Source of the DNA: an uncultured Verrucomicrobiae bacterium
GTDB lineage: Bacteria; Verrucomicrobiota; Verrucomicrobiia; Opitutales; JABDGR01
NCBI GenBank assembly: GCA_963765205.1
Contig: CAVXVB010000009.1
Span: 1-64,000, forward strand
Direction of reading: 5' to 3'
Length of the DNA stretch: 64,000 bases
This document shows positions 35,177 through 43,608 of this stretch, one piece after another (position 1 is the first letter of the stretch; each line of letters opens with the position of its first letter). The position numbers were made by a program, and so were the translations under genes. The notes beneath the pieces are model-generated. The model saw only the letters and a list, made by a program, of their open reading frames with translations, was not told the DNA's origin and searched no databases.

Positions 35177-35908
35177 ATGCGCAAACCTTCCCATGTCTCC
35201 TTCGCCCTCCTTCTCACGCTTTCTTTGCTGACTGGCTGTGCCAGCAAGATGCAAGGCCCCGCCAAGCCGGATACGCTGACGCCCGTTGGCGCGGGCAACA
35301 ATACGCCGGCCTATCGCCCACCCTCCACTTTTTCGGACGTTAATAACAATGCCCCGACGGTTTCCGAACCGATTACCCCCGCCCTCAATGACTCGACCGG
35401 CCTCACCGAGCGGGCGGACAACCTGCCCAAAATTGACTGGGATCACCCGCCGGCGGAGTTGGTCATGGCTACTGTGTATTTTGGCTTTGACCAGTTTAAT
35501 CTCACCAGCAACGACCCGGTCACCCACGCCAACGACCAAGACTTGATGGCGACCGTGGCCAAAGCCCTTGCCGCCGCCCCGACCATGCACGTGGTCGCTG
35601 TCGGCCATTGCGACTGGTATGGTTCCGACCAATACAATCTTGCGCTTAGCGACCGGCGTTCGAACACGGCCAAGGGCTACCTCACGCAATCGGGTGCCGG
35701 AGCCGGGCAAACGGATATTCTCGCCCGCGGCAAATACGGCGCTACGCCCGATGTGAAAAAGAATTCGCCCGAGGCCATGCATGACCGCCGCGTGGACATT
35801 GTGAAAGTTCCCGCAGGGGCCACGCTTCCGCTGGGCGCGCCACCCGTGGCCGGCTCTGCTCCCGCCGCGGCCAGCTCGGCAGCCTCTGCTCCGGCGGCCA
35901 CGCCGTAA
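35177..35908 (+). CDS. OmpA/Pal-like peptidoglycan-associated lipoprotein
   Basis: Lipobox LLTGC; VYFGFDQ, GHCDWYGSDQYNLALSDRR and DRRVDI. Confidence 0.85.
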   Translation: MRKPSHVSFALLLTLSLLTGCASKMQGPAKPDTLTPVGAGNNTPAYRPPSTFSDVNNNAPTVSEPITPALNDSTGLTERADNLPKIDWDHPPAELVMATVYFGFDQFNLTSNDPVTHANDQDLMATVAKALAAAPTMHVVAVGHCDWYGSDQYNLALSDRRSNTAKGYLTQSGAGAGQTDILARGKYGATPDVKKNSPEAMHDRRVDIVKVPAGATLPLGAPPVAGSAPAAASSAASAPAATP

Positions 35909-35916
35909 GCCCAAGG

Positions 35917-36786
35917 CTACGCCCGCCAAGCGAAGAAGAACCGGTCGCGGTTGGAGAGGTCGTGTGCGCTCTCCCTGCGCGGATACGCCGGTTTGCCATC
36001 CATCTGGGTTAATGCGGCGATGTTCCCCAACGCGGCATGATGGCCTGGCCCAGTCTCCAGCGCCAGCAAACCACCGGCAGCCAACCGGGTGGGAGCGCCT
36101 TCGAGAATGGCGCGCAAATCGGCCAACCCGCCTTCTGCGGAGACCAAGGCGGCGCGCGGCTCCCAATCGCGCACTTCCGGCGCGGCGGCGGCCCATTCCT
36201 CCTCGGATAGATAGGGCGGGTTGGCCACGATAAGGTCAAAATTTTCCAACCCTGCCGTAAAAACCGCCGGCCAGCCGGTGGGCAAGAACCGAATGCGTTC
36301 CGCCAGGCCCAGCGCGCCCGCATTGGCCTGCGCGAGGGCGAGGGCATCGTCGATGGCATCCATCGCTGTCACCCGGCACTCCGGCCAGCGCCGGGCCAGC
36401 GCAAGGGCCAGCACGCCGGTGCCCGTGCCTAAGTCCAGGGCGGAGGCAGGTGGGGCGGGCAAGCGCTGGAAGATTTGTTCGGCCAGCTCCTCGGTTTCCG
36501 GTCGGGGGATGAGGGCGCGGCGGTCGCAGGCGACCTCAAAATCCAGAAACCCCGCGCGCCCGGCGATGTATTGGAGGGGTTCGTGCCGGCCCCGGCGGGC
36601 GACCTGTTCGCGCAGGGGAGCCAATTGGACCTCGGCCAGGGGCTGGTCGAAGCGCAGATACAAATCCAGCCGCCGGCAGCCCAGTGCCTGGGCCAGCAAC
36701 AGCTCAGCCTCGAGCCGGGAGGAGGGGATTTCCTTGCGCGCCAGGAACTCGGCGGTTTTTTGCAGGACTTCGAGGACGATGGGCAT
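35917..36786 (-). CDS. prmC: peptide chain release factor N5-glutamine methyltransferase
   Basis: EPLQYI, LIPRPETE, LDLGTGTG and ANPPY motifs. Confidence 0.95.
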   Translation of the reverse strand: MPIVLEVLQKTAEFLARKEIPSSRLEAELLLAQALGCRRLDLYLRFDQPLAEVQLAPLREQVARRGRHEPLQYIAGRAGFLDFEVACDRRALIPRPETEELAEQIFQRLPAPPASALDLGTGTGVLALALARRWPECRVTAMDAIDDALALAQANAGALGLAERIRFLPTGWPAVFTAGLENFDLIVANPPYLSEEEWAAAAPEVRDWEPRAALVSAEGGLADLRAILEGAPTRLAAGGLLALETGPGHHAALGNIAALTQMDGKPAYPRRESAHDLSNRDRFFFAWRA

Positions 36787-36891
36787 GGCAAGAAAATAGG
36801 CTTTTCGTCGGGGCCTTTTTGCATCATATTCGTCCAACAAGCAACCTCCCAGCCCGATTTCGCCCGGCTGGGCCAACCCGGAGCCACACCC

Positions 36892-38061
36892 ATGAGCATG
36901 ATGACACCCGCGGCGACGGCGCCCGCCCTCGCCGGCAAAAACGCGCCGAAGAAATTATCATTCGCGGAGCGCCAGGCGCTCGCCCGGCAGAAAAAATACG
37001 AGCGGGATGCGCATCGCAAGCAGATCAAGTTGATGGAAATCACCGTCTTCACCCAGCAGTTGTCCTCGATGCTGGAAGCCGGCCTGCCCCTGGTCAGCGC
37101 GCTCGAGGCCCTGATGGAGCAGACGGAAAACCCGATCTTCAAGGTCATCATCCGGGAAGTGCGCAATGATATTTCCGGCGGCACGACCTTTTCCGGCGCG
37201 GTGCGCAAGTTCCCCAACGCGTTTCCAAACCTTTTCATCAGCATGGTGGAAGCCGGCGAGGCCTCGGGCGCGCTGGCCGACATCATGGGCAAGGTGGCCA
37301 TGTATTTTGAAAGCTCCCTCAAGCTCCAGAAAAAGGTCAAAAGCGCGATGACCTACCCCATTGCCGTCATCACCATGGCCTGTTTGCTCGTGTCCGTGCT
37401 GCTCATCAAGGTCATCCCGGTGTTCAAGGACATGTTTTCCAGCTTTGGCGCCAAGCTGCCCGCGCCGACCCAGTTCCTCATTGACTTGAGCGACTTCCTC
37501 GCCTCGTGGTGGTGGGCCATTCTGGGCGGGCTGTATATCACTTTCCAACTCTACAAGCGCTTCACTTCGACGCCGCGCGGGCGCGAGATCAAGCACCGCG
37601 TGTTTGCCCGGCTGCCCATCATCGGCAACCTGACGCGCAAGATCAACGTGTCGCGCTTCTGCCGCACCTACGCCATTCTGCTGAAGTCCGGCGTGCCCAT
37701 CCTGCGCTCCATCGAGATTTGCTCGAAGGCCTCGGACAACATCTTCATCGAGCAGGCCTGCGTCGCCATCAACCGCACGGTGTCCTCCGGCGGCCAGCTC
37801 TCGGAAGTCATCGCCACCCAGGTCTACTTCCCCAACACCGTGCGCCACATGATGAAGGCCGGCGAACAAACCGGCAACGTGGACGGCATGATGAACAAAG
37901 TCGCCGACTACTACGACAACGAGATCAACAACGTCGTCGCCTCGCTCACCTCACTGATGGAGCCGTTCCTGATTTGCTTCCTGGGCGTCGTCATCGGCGG
38001 CATCGTCATGGCGATGTTCATGCCCATCTTCCAGCTCTCCAACGTTGCGGGCGGGCCGTAA
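36892..38061 (+). CDS. pilC: type II secretion/type IV pilus inner-membrane platform protein (PilC/GspF)
   Basis: FTQQLSSMLEAGLP, SMVEAGEASG, SAMTYP, LPAPTQFL, AGEQTG and EPFLI...MFMPIF. Confidence 0.9.
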   Translation: MSMMTPAATAPALAGKNAPKKLSFAERQALARQKKYERDAHRKQIKLMEITVFTQQLSSMLEAGLPLVSALEALMEQTENPIFKVIIREVRNDISGGTTFSGAVRKFPNAFPNLFISMVEAGEASGALADIMGKVAMYFESSLKLQKKVKSAMTYPIAVITMACLLVSVLLIKVIPVFKDMFSSFGAKLPAPTQFLIDLSDFLASWWWAILGGLYITFQLYKRFTSTPRGREIKHRVFARLPIIGNLTRKINVSRFCRTYAILLKSGVPILRSIEICSKASDNIFIEQACVAINRTVSSGGQLSEVIATQVYFPNTVRHMMKAGEQTGNVDGMMNKVADYYDNEINNVVASLTSLMEPFLICFLGVVIGGIVMAMFMPIFQLSNVAGGP

Positions 38062-38082
38062 ACGCGGGGCGGGCGCTGTGCT

Positions 38083-39489
38083 TTATTTCTTCAGCGCCTC
38101 CGCGCATTCCTCGAGCGGGTAGGTCCAGATTTCCGAGAGGGTGGGGTGATACCAGTGGGCGCGCAGGAGGTCGTATAGGGTGGCTTGGAGCGGGAGCGCG
38201 ACGGCGGGAGCGTGGATGAGTTCGGAGGCGTCGCGGCCCACGCACTCCGCGCCGAGCAGGCGACCATCGGGCCGGCGCGCGTAGATTTTCACGTAGCCGC
38301 GCTTGGCTTCCATCAGGATGGATTTGCCGTGGTCGTCGAAGGGGTAGGACGCCGTGACATAATCCACGCCTTGCGCGCGCAATTCCTTTTCGGAATAGCC
38401 CGCGGTGGCCACCTGCGGGTCGGTGAAGACGATTTTCACCAGATGCGCGAAATTGACGGGCGACGCGGGCTGGCCGAGCGCGTGGCGCGCGGCGATTTCA
38501 CCTTGAAGAATGGCGACGTGGACGATTTCGTGCGGCCCGGCGCAATCGCCGGCGGCGTAAATCGCCGGATTGCTCGTGCGTTGGAACTCGTCGGTGGCCA
38601 CATGGCCGCTGGGCTTGAGGGCAACGCCCGTGATGTCAAGGCCGAGGCCGCTCGTGGCGGGCTCGCGGCCGAGGGCGTTGAACAACGCGGCGGCCTCGCG
38701 GGTCACCGTTTTCCCCTCGTGCATGAAAGTCACCCGCGCGCCACCCTTGGCCAGGGGCGAAATTTCCTCGATGTGCGTGCCGGTGAAAACCTCCAGGCCT
38801 TCGTCGCGCAGCGCCTGCTCGACGACGGTGGCGGCCCCGGCGCTGTGTTCTTTAAGAATGTGCGGGCTGCGTTGAATGAGGGTCACTTGGCTGCCGATGC
38901 GTTGGAGAAATTGCGCGAGTTCGCACGCCACCACGCCGCCGCCGAGGACGATGACCGATTCCGGCCAGCGCTCCAAGCCGAGCACGTCGTCGCTGGTGAG
39001 CGCGTTGACTTGGTCGAGGCCGCGCAGCGGCGGGCGGCTGATGACCGAGCCGGTGGCGACCAGAAAATGCCCGCCGGCGAGCACCGTGCCATCGGCGAGC
39101 GTGAGTTCGCGTGGGCCAGTGAAGCGCGCGCGCTGGCGGAATAAATCAAAGCGGCCTGATTCGAGTTGCCGCACGCGGCAGTCGGCAAATTCGGCGATGA
39201 CGCGGCGTTTGCGGGCCTGCACGGCGGCGAAGTCCGCCTTTGCGGTTGGGATGTCGAGGCCGAAAAGTGCGCCGTGTTGGGCGAGGTGCAGCACCTCGGC
39301 GGAATAAATGAGCGTCTTCGATGGCATGCAGCCGCGCAGGATGCACAGGCCGCCCAGCTCGGCCGCGCCGTCCACGATGGCGACGCGCGCGCCGGCGTCG
39401 CGGGCGGTGCGCGCCCCGGCGTAACCGGCGCTGCCGCCGCCGACGACAATGAAATCATAATGCTGCGGCTTGTTTTCTTTTCTGTCCAT
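38083..39489 (-). CDS. pyridine nucleotide-disulfide oxidoreductase, dihydrolipoamide dehydrogenase-like
   Basis: GGGSAG FAD motif, redox-active CILRGC, YAAGD and HPTLSE. There is no MerA-type C-terminal Cys pair. Confidence 0.85.
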   Translation of the reverse strand: MDRKENKPQHYDFIVVGGGSAGYAGARTARDAGARVAIVDGAAELGGLCILRGCMPSKTLIYSAEVLHLAQHGALFGLDIPTAKADFAAVQARKRRVIAEFADCRVRQLESGRFDLFRQRARFTGPRELTLADGTVLAGGHFLVATGSVISRPPLRGLDQVNALTSDDVLGLERWPESVIVLGGGVVACELAQFLQRIGSQVTLIQRSPHILKEHSAGAATVVEQALRDEGLEVFTGTHIEEISPLAKGGARVTFMHEGKTVTREAAALFNALGREPATSGLGLDITGVALKPSGHVATDEFQRTSNPAIYAAGDCAGPHEIVHVAILQGEIAARHALGQPASPVNFAHLVKIVFTDPQVATAGYSEKELRAQGVDYVTASYPFDDHGKSILMEAKRGYVKIYARRPDGRLLGAECVGRDASELIHAPAVALPLQATLYDLLRAHWYHPTLSEIWTYPLEECAEALKK

Positions 39490-39533
39490 GGGTGGCGGAA
39501 AATGTTAGAAAATTCAACCTGAATCCCCCCAGC

Positions 39534-41144
39534 ATGAAGCCCGGCCTCAAAAACACAAGTGCGCGCAACCATCGTGCCAGGGGACTGCGCCTGTTTTTTT
39601 TTGGCGCAGCGTGGCTGGGGGTGGTGGCGCAAACCGCGGCGAATGCTCCTGCGGCCGCCGCCGGGGCGTTGCCACCCGCCGCCAAGTATGATTTTCGCAA
39701 TCCGCCCCAAGGCGTGTTCGACGATGAATGGGTCGAGATTTTCATGAGCGGCCAGAAGGTCGGCTACGGCCACCAGTTTTACAAGCGCACGGGCGACCTC
39801 ATTGAATGCGTGCAGCACCAGGAGTTTCACCTCCTGCGCCAGGAAAGCGCCATCACCATGACGGAGGACGAGACCAGCACGGAGACGCTCGACGGCCAGC
39901 CGCGCTCCTTCCATAGCTATGCCGATCTCGGCGACGCGCCGACCACCGTGGACGGCCATGGCGACGGCCACACCTTCACCATCTCGGTGCAGCAGGGCGC
40001 CTTCCGCCAGGAGCAGCAGGTGACCTTTCCCCAGGGCACGCTGATGACCTGGGGCATGGAGCGGCTCAGCCGCATCAAGGGCCTCGCGTCCGGCACCAAT
40101 TATGATTTCTTGTCCTATGATCCTTCGGCCGACGCCTTTGCGCCGCTGGCCGCGCACGCCGCCAACGGCGCGCGGGCGCCGGTGCCCATCCGCGGCCAGA
40201 CGGTCACCGCCACGCCGGTCAGCCTGCATCTGACCTCGCAGAACGGCCTCGGCAGCACCGACGCCGTGTCCTGGGTGGATGCCGACGACCGCACGGTGAA
40301 AACCTCGCTGCCCATGGGGGCGTTGTCCATGGACTTGGTGGCTGCAACGGAAGCGGAGGCGCGGGCGGATTACCTGCCGCACGATATTTTTACCGCCTCG
40401 CTGATCACCCTCGACCAGCCCCTCCCGACGGACGCCGGGACCATCACCGTGCGGCTGCGCCGCACGGATGGCCAGCCGCTGCCGCCGTTGCCCGAGTCGG
40501 CGATGGAGCGCGGCGCGGTGCTGGGCGACGGCAGCGTGCGCCTCACCCTCACGCGGCCCGAACTGGCCCGGCAACAGGCCGCCGCCGCGCCCGGCCCCGC
40601 GCTGGCCGACCCGGCGACTTACCTCGCGCGCAACTCCTGCCTCGATACCAGCGACCCGCTGGTGCGCCAGCTCGCCGCCCAGGCCGGCGGCCCGGTGGAC
40701 ACCCCGCCCAAGGTGCTCGCCGGGAAATTGCGTGATTTTGTGGCCAGCTACATTGACAAGAAGGACATGAGCGTGGGCTTCGGCACGGCGACGGAGACGG
40801 CCAAGAGCCGCGAGGGCGATTGCACGGAGCACGCCGTGCTGCTGGCCGCGCTGGCGCGGGTGCGCGGGTTGCCCGCGCGGGTGGCCAGCGGCCTGGTCTA
40901 TATGCCGCATTATGACGGGCAGGACAATGTCCTCGGCTTCCACATGTGGGCGCAATTTTATCTGGACGGGCACTGGGAGGATTACGACGCCGCGCTGACC
41001 GACGGAACGACGCCGTATTGGCGGCTGGGTTTCGTCGCCACCGACCTCAACGACGTTTCGATGTCCGATTTCACGATGCAATTGACGCGTTGGATGGCGG
41101 ATTTGAAGATTACGGTCGAGTCGAGCACGCCGGCGGGGAAGTGA
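39534..41144 (+). CDS. secreted transglutaminase-like (Cys-His-Asp) domain protein
   Basis: Signal peptide; GDCTEHAVLL, HMWAQFY and WEDYDA. Confidence 0.8.
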   Translation: MKPGLKNTSARNHRARGLRLFFFGAAWLGVVAQTAANAPAAAAGALPPAAKYDFRNPPQGVFDDEWVEIFMSGQKVGYGHQFYKRTGDLIECVQHQEFHLLRQESAITMTEDETSTETLDGQPRSFHSYADLGDAPTTVDGHGDGHTFTISVQQGAFRQEQQVTFPQGTLMTWGMERLSRIKGLASGTNYDFLSYDPSADAFAPLAAHAANGARAPVPIRGQTVTATPVSLHLTSQNGLGSTDAVSWVDADDRTVKTSLPMGALSMDLVAATEAEARADYLPHDIFTASLITLDQPLPTDAGTITVRLRRTDGQPLPPLPESAMERGAVLGDGSVRLTLTRPELARQQAAAAPGPALADPATYLARNSCLDTSDPLVRQLAAQAGGPVDTPPKVLAGKLRDFVASYIDKKDMSVGFGTATETAKSREGDCTEHAVLLAALARVRGLPARVASGLVYMPHYDGQDNVLGFHMWAQFYLDGHWEDYDAALTDGTTPYWRLGFVATDLNDVSMSDFTMQLTRWMADLKITVESSTPAGK

Positions 41145-41345
41145 GGGGGGAGGGGGGGAGGCAGAGGGGCAAAAGAGCGGAGGCGCAGGGACAGAGGGAC
41201 AAAGAGACAGAGGGAGGATTTCACCGCGAGGGTGAGGAGAATACAAAAAAGAAAACCACGGAGGGCACGGAGGACACGGAGGGCGGAGATTTATCGCGCA
41301 AAGGCGCAGGGGCGCGAAGGATGAATCGCGGGGGGCGACGCAAGC
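41145..41345. repeat. intergenic short-period (8-9 bp) degenerate repeats
   Basis: gggacaga/gggacaaa/gagacaga; cacggaggg/cacggagga/cacggaggg; cgcaaagg/cgcagggg/cgcgaagg. Confidence 0.6.
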
Positions 41346-41352
41346 AACGAGC

Positions 41353-42123
41353 TTACCCTGTCTGGCGCCAGCGGCCGGGGGCGGGGTGCTCGAGCAGGCC
41401 GGCGTCACGGAGGTTTTGCAATTGCTGGCGGATTTTGTCGCGAATGTGGCGATTGCCGGGGTGCAGTTTTTCGAACTGCGGCGCGAGGGCGTAGAGGTCC
41501 TGGTTGGAAAATTCGGGTTTGTGCAGGGAGCGAACCGCGGTAAGGACCTCCAGCGTCCAGCCGCGTTCAGCTACGGATAATTCCTTGAGGGGCAGAACCC
41601 GGCGATAATTTGTTCGCACCTCTTCTTCGGGAATAATGCGGCTTTCGTGGACAATCGCAATGCGCGCTTCAGCGGGAATTCGATTAAGGGCAATGTTGCA
41701 ACCGATCCAGCCGGCCCGGCGCGCGGTGGGTGATAGCGGTTTTCGTTCAATAATCGCGGAGGACGGAAAAGCAAAATGCGGAATGAGCAGCAAGTTTTTT
41801 ATGCTCCAGGCCGGAAGTTCATATTGGAGGAAATAAAAATTCGGGGTGCGGTCATGTGCGATGGAATCCATCATCGCCTGATAGGCTCCGTCGTTGACGT
41901 TATTTCCAAACCGGGACTTTTGACTTTTCAATTGATACCATGCACCACAAGCCGGACATTTGTAATCCATCGCTTTGGAATTATGCCGCAGCCGGTCCAA
42001 TTTTGGCGACGGGCAATTGGGACAATAGAGATTGTGCTCGCCCCACGATTCCGTGACCACCCGCGCTTGCTGCGCGCCGCTTTTATAATCGGCGGCAAGT
42101 TGGCTGGTCATCGACAGATTCAT
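41353..42123 (-). CDS. DpnI-like (Dam-replacing family) methylation-dependent restriction endonuclease
   Basis: YKSGAQQARVVTESW, CPNC and CPAC zinc ligands, D...QLKS, NDGAY, RKPLSPTARRAGWIGCNI, and C-terminal winged helix NRHIRDKIRQQLQNLRD, colinear with DpnI. Confidence 0.9.
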   Translation of the reverse strand: MNLSMTSQLAADYKSGAQQARVVTESWGEHNLYCPNCPSPKLDRLRHNSKAMDYKCPACGAWYQLKSQKSRFGNNVNDGAYQAMMDSIAHDRTPNFYFLQYELPAWSIKNLLLIPHFAFPSSAIIERKPLSPTARRAGWIGCNIALNRIPAEARIAIVHESRIIPEEEVRTNYRRVLPLKELSVAERGWTLEVLTAVRSLHKPEFSNQDLYALAPQFEKLHPGNRHIRDKIRQQLQNLRDAGLLEHPAPGRWRQTG

Positions 42124-42156
42124 CGGGGCTGAATAGATCAGCGCCCGATGATCGCA

Positions 42157-43467
42157 TCAACCTTGTTTTACCCGGAAAATTTCTGTTTCGCAGCGGATGA
42201 TATGGGTGGTTTCGCGTTTGCGACTGGTGGGGGCTTTGGCCCAGGCTTCGCAGATGCTGACGTCCACGGTGGTATGCACGACGCTGCCGGCGTTCACGTG
42301 GGCGCAACTGAGGAAGGCGAATTTCGTTTCGTGAAAGACGCGCTCGAAGTTTTGCGGTGGGCCGTTTTCCGCCATCGGGGATGAGGGATCGATCACTTCT
42401 GTAAGTAGATCAAGATCAATTTCTTTCAAAATTGTCACCTGCCAAGAGAGGCGGAAGGTTGGGCGTTCCGTCGTCACGCGAATCCAGGCCAAATCGAGAT
42501 AAATCGTTTCCATTTCCACGCCGACGCATTGGCGGCCAATCCGCACGGCCGCGAGGGCGGTGGTGCCGGAGCCGAGGAAGGGGTCGAGGACGAGGTCGCC
42601 GGGGTGGGTGGAGGTAAGGAGGCAGCGTTCGACGAGGGCGAGGGGTTTTTGGGTGGGATGCTTGCCGTGGGTTTTTTCGTCGCCGCCGGGGGCGGTGAAG
42701 CGCCAGACGGATTTCATTTGTTTGCCGCCGTTGATTTGGCGCATGTGGGCGTAGTTGAAGGTGTGTTTGCTTTTTTCGTTTTTGGCGGCCCAGATGACGG
42801 TTTCGGTGCTGTGGGTGAAGTAGCGGCAGGAGAGGTTGGGCGGGGGGTTGGGCTTTTCCCAGGTGATGTCGTTGAGGATTTTGAGGCCGAGCTGCTGCAT
42901 GGCGTAGCCGACGGAGTGGATGACGTGGTGGGTGCCGGTGACCCAGAGGGTGCCGTGGGGCTTGAGGGCGCGCTGGCAGCGTTCGAGCCAGGCGCGGTTG
43001 AACTCGTGGTTGACTTCGGGGCCGCGGGATTTGTCCCACGCGCCTTTGTCCACGCGCACCATGCGGCCGGCGTGGCAGGTGATGCCGCCGTTGGAGAGGA
43101 AGTAGGGCGGGTCGGCAAAGATGGCGTCGAAGCGGCCTTCCGGGTAGCGGAGGGCGAGGGCGTCGAGGACTTCGAGGCAATCGCCTTGGTAGAGCCAGAC
43201 GCCGGCGGTGTCGTCGCGATGGACAAGGCGGAGGGGCTGGAGGGCGCTTTCGTGGAGGGCGAGGCCGGTGAAGGGGTCGCCGGCGAGGGCGGCGGGCGTG
43301 TTCCAGCCGAGGAGTTCCTCGTCGCGCCGGGGATACCCTCCTTCGTCCCGCGCGGCGGGACTACGGAGGGCAGGGGTCTCCTGGTTCGCTTTTTTGAGTG
43401 GGCGCTTGGGGGTATTGACGCGGGCGGGCCGCGGGGCGGGATTGGGCGAGGGCGCGGGCCGTGGCAT
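42157..43467 (-). CDS. beta-class DNA methyltransferase, DpnA/M2.DpnII-like, with N- and C-terminal extensions
   Basis: IFADPPYFLSNGGIT...DKGAWDKS, ITWEKPNPPPNLSCRYFTHSTE, NGGKQMKSVW, GKHPTQKP and VLDPFLGSGTT. Confidence 0.9.
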   Translation of the reverse strand: MPRPAPSPNPAPRPARVNTPKRPLKKANQETPALRSPAARDEGGYPRRDEELLGWNTPAALAGDPFTGLALHESALQPLRLVHRDDTAGVWLYQGDCLEVLDALALRYPEGRFDAIFADPPYFLSNGGITCHAGRMVRVDKGAWDKSRGPEVNHEFNRAWLERCQRALKPHGTLWVTGTHHVIHSVGYAMQQLGLKILNDITWEKPNPPPNLSCRYFTHSTETVIWAAKNEKSKHTFNYAHMRQINGGKQMKSVWRFTAPGGDEKTHGKHPTQKPLALVERCLLTSTHPGDLVLDPFLGSGTTALAAVRIGRQCVGVEMETIYLDLAWIRVTTERPTFRLSWQVTILKEIDLDLLTEVIDPSSPMAENGPPQNFERVFHETKFAFLSCAHVNAGSVVHTTVDVSICEAWAKAPTSRKRETTHIIRCETEIFRVKQG

Positions 43468-43475
43468 GATGGGCT

Positions 43476-43488
43476 GATCGGATCGATC
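43476..43488. promoter_or_regulatory. triple GATC cluster immediately upstream of the methyltransferase start
   Basis: ctGATCgGATCGATCag: GATC at 43476, 43481 and 43485, 9-21 bp upstream of the ATG at 43467. The regulatory role is inferred. Confidence 0.5.
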
Positions 43489-43608
43489 AGGCCGAAATTT
43501 GAGGCAAGACTTATTTGGGGGAAGACTTTCTCAATTCGGGCAGATGTTTAAAACGCTCAACGTTGAGCGTTGAGGCAACTGCAGTTTTTAAGTTGCGGCG
43601 TAAAGACA

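Noticed and set aside
38083..39489. Mercuric reductase MerA
   Set aside because: No C-terminal Cys-Cys pair, no N-terminal metal-binding domain and no mer genes; HPTLSE is Lpd-like.
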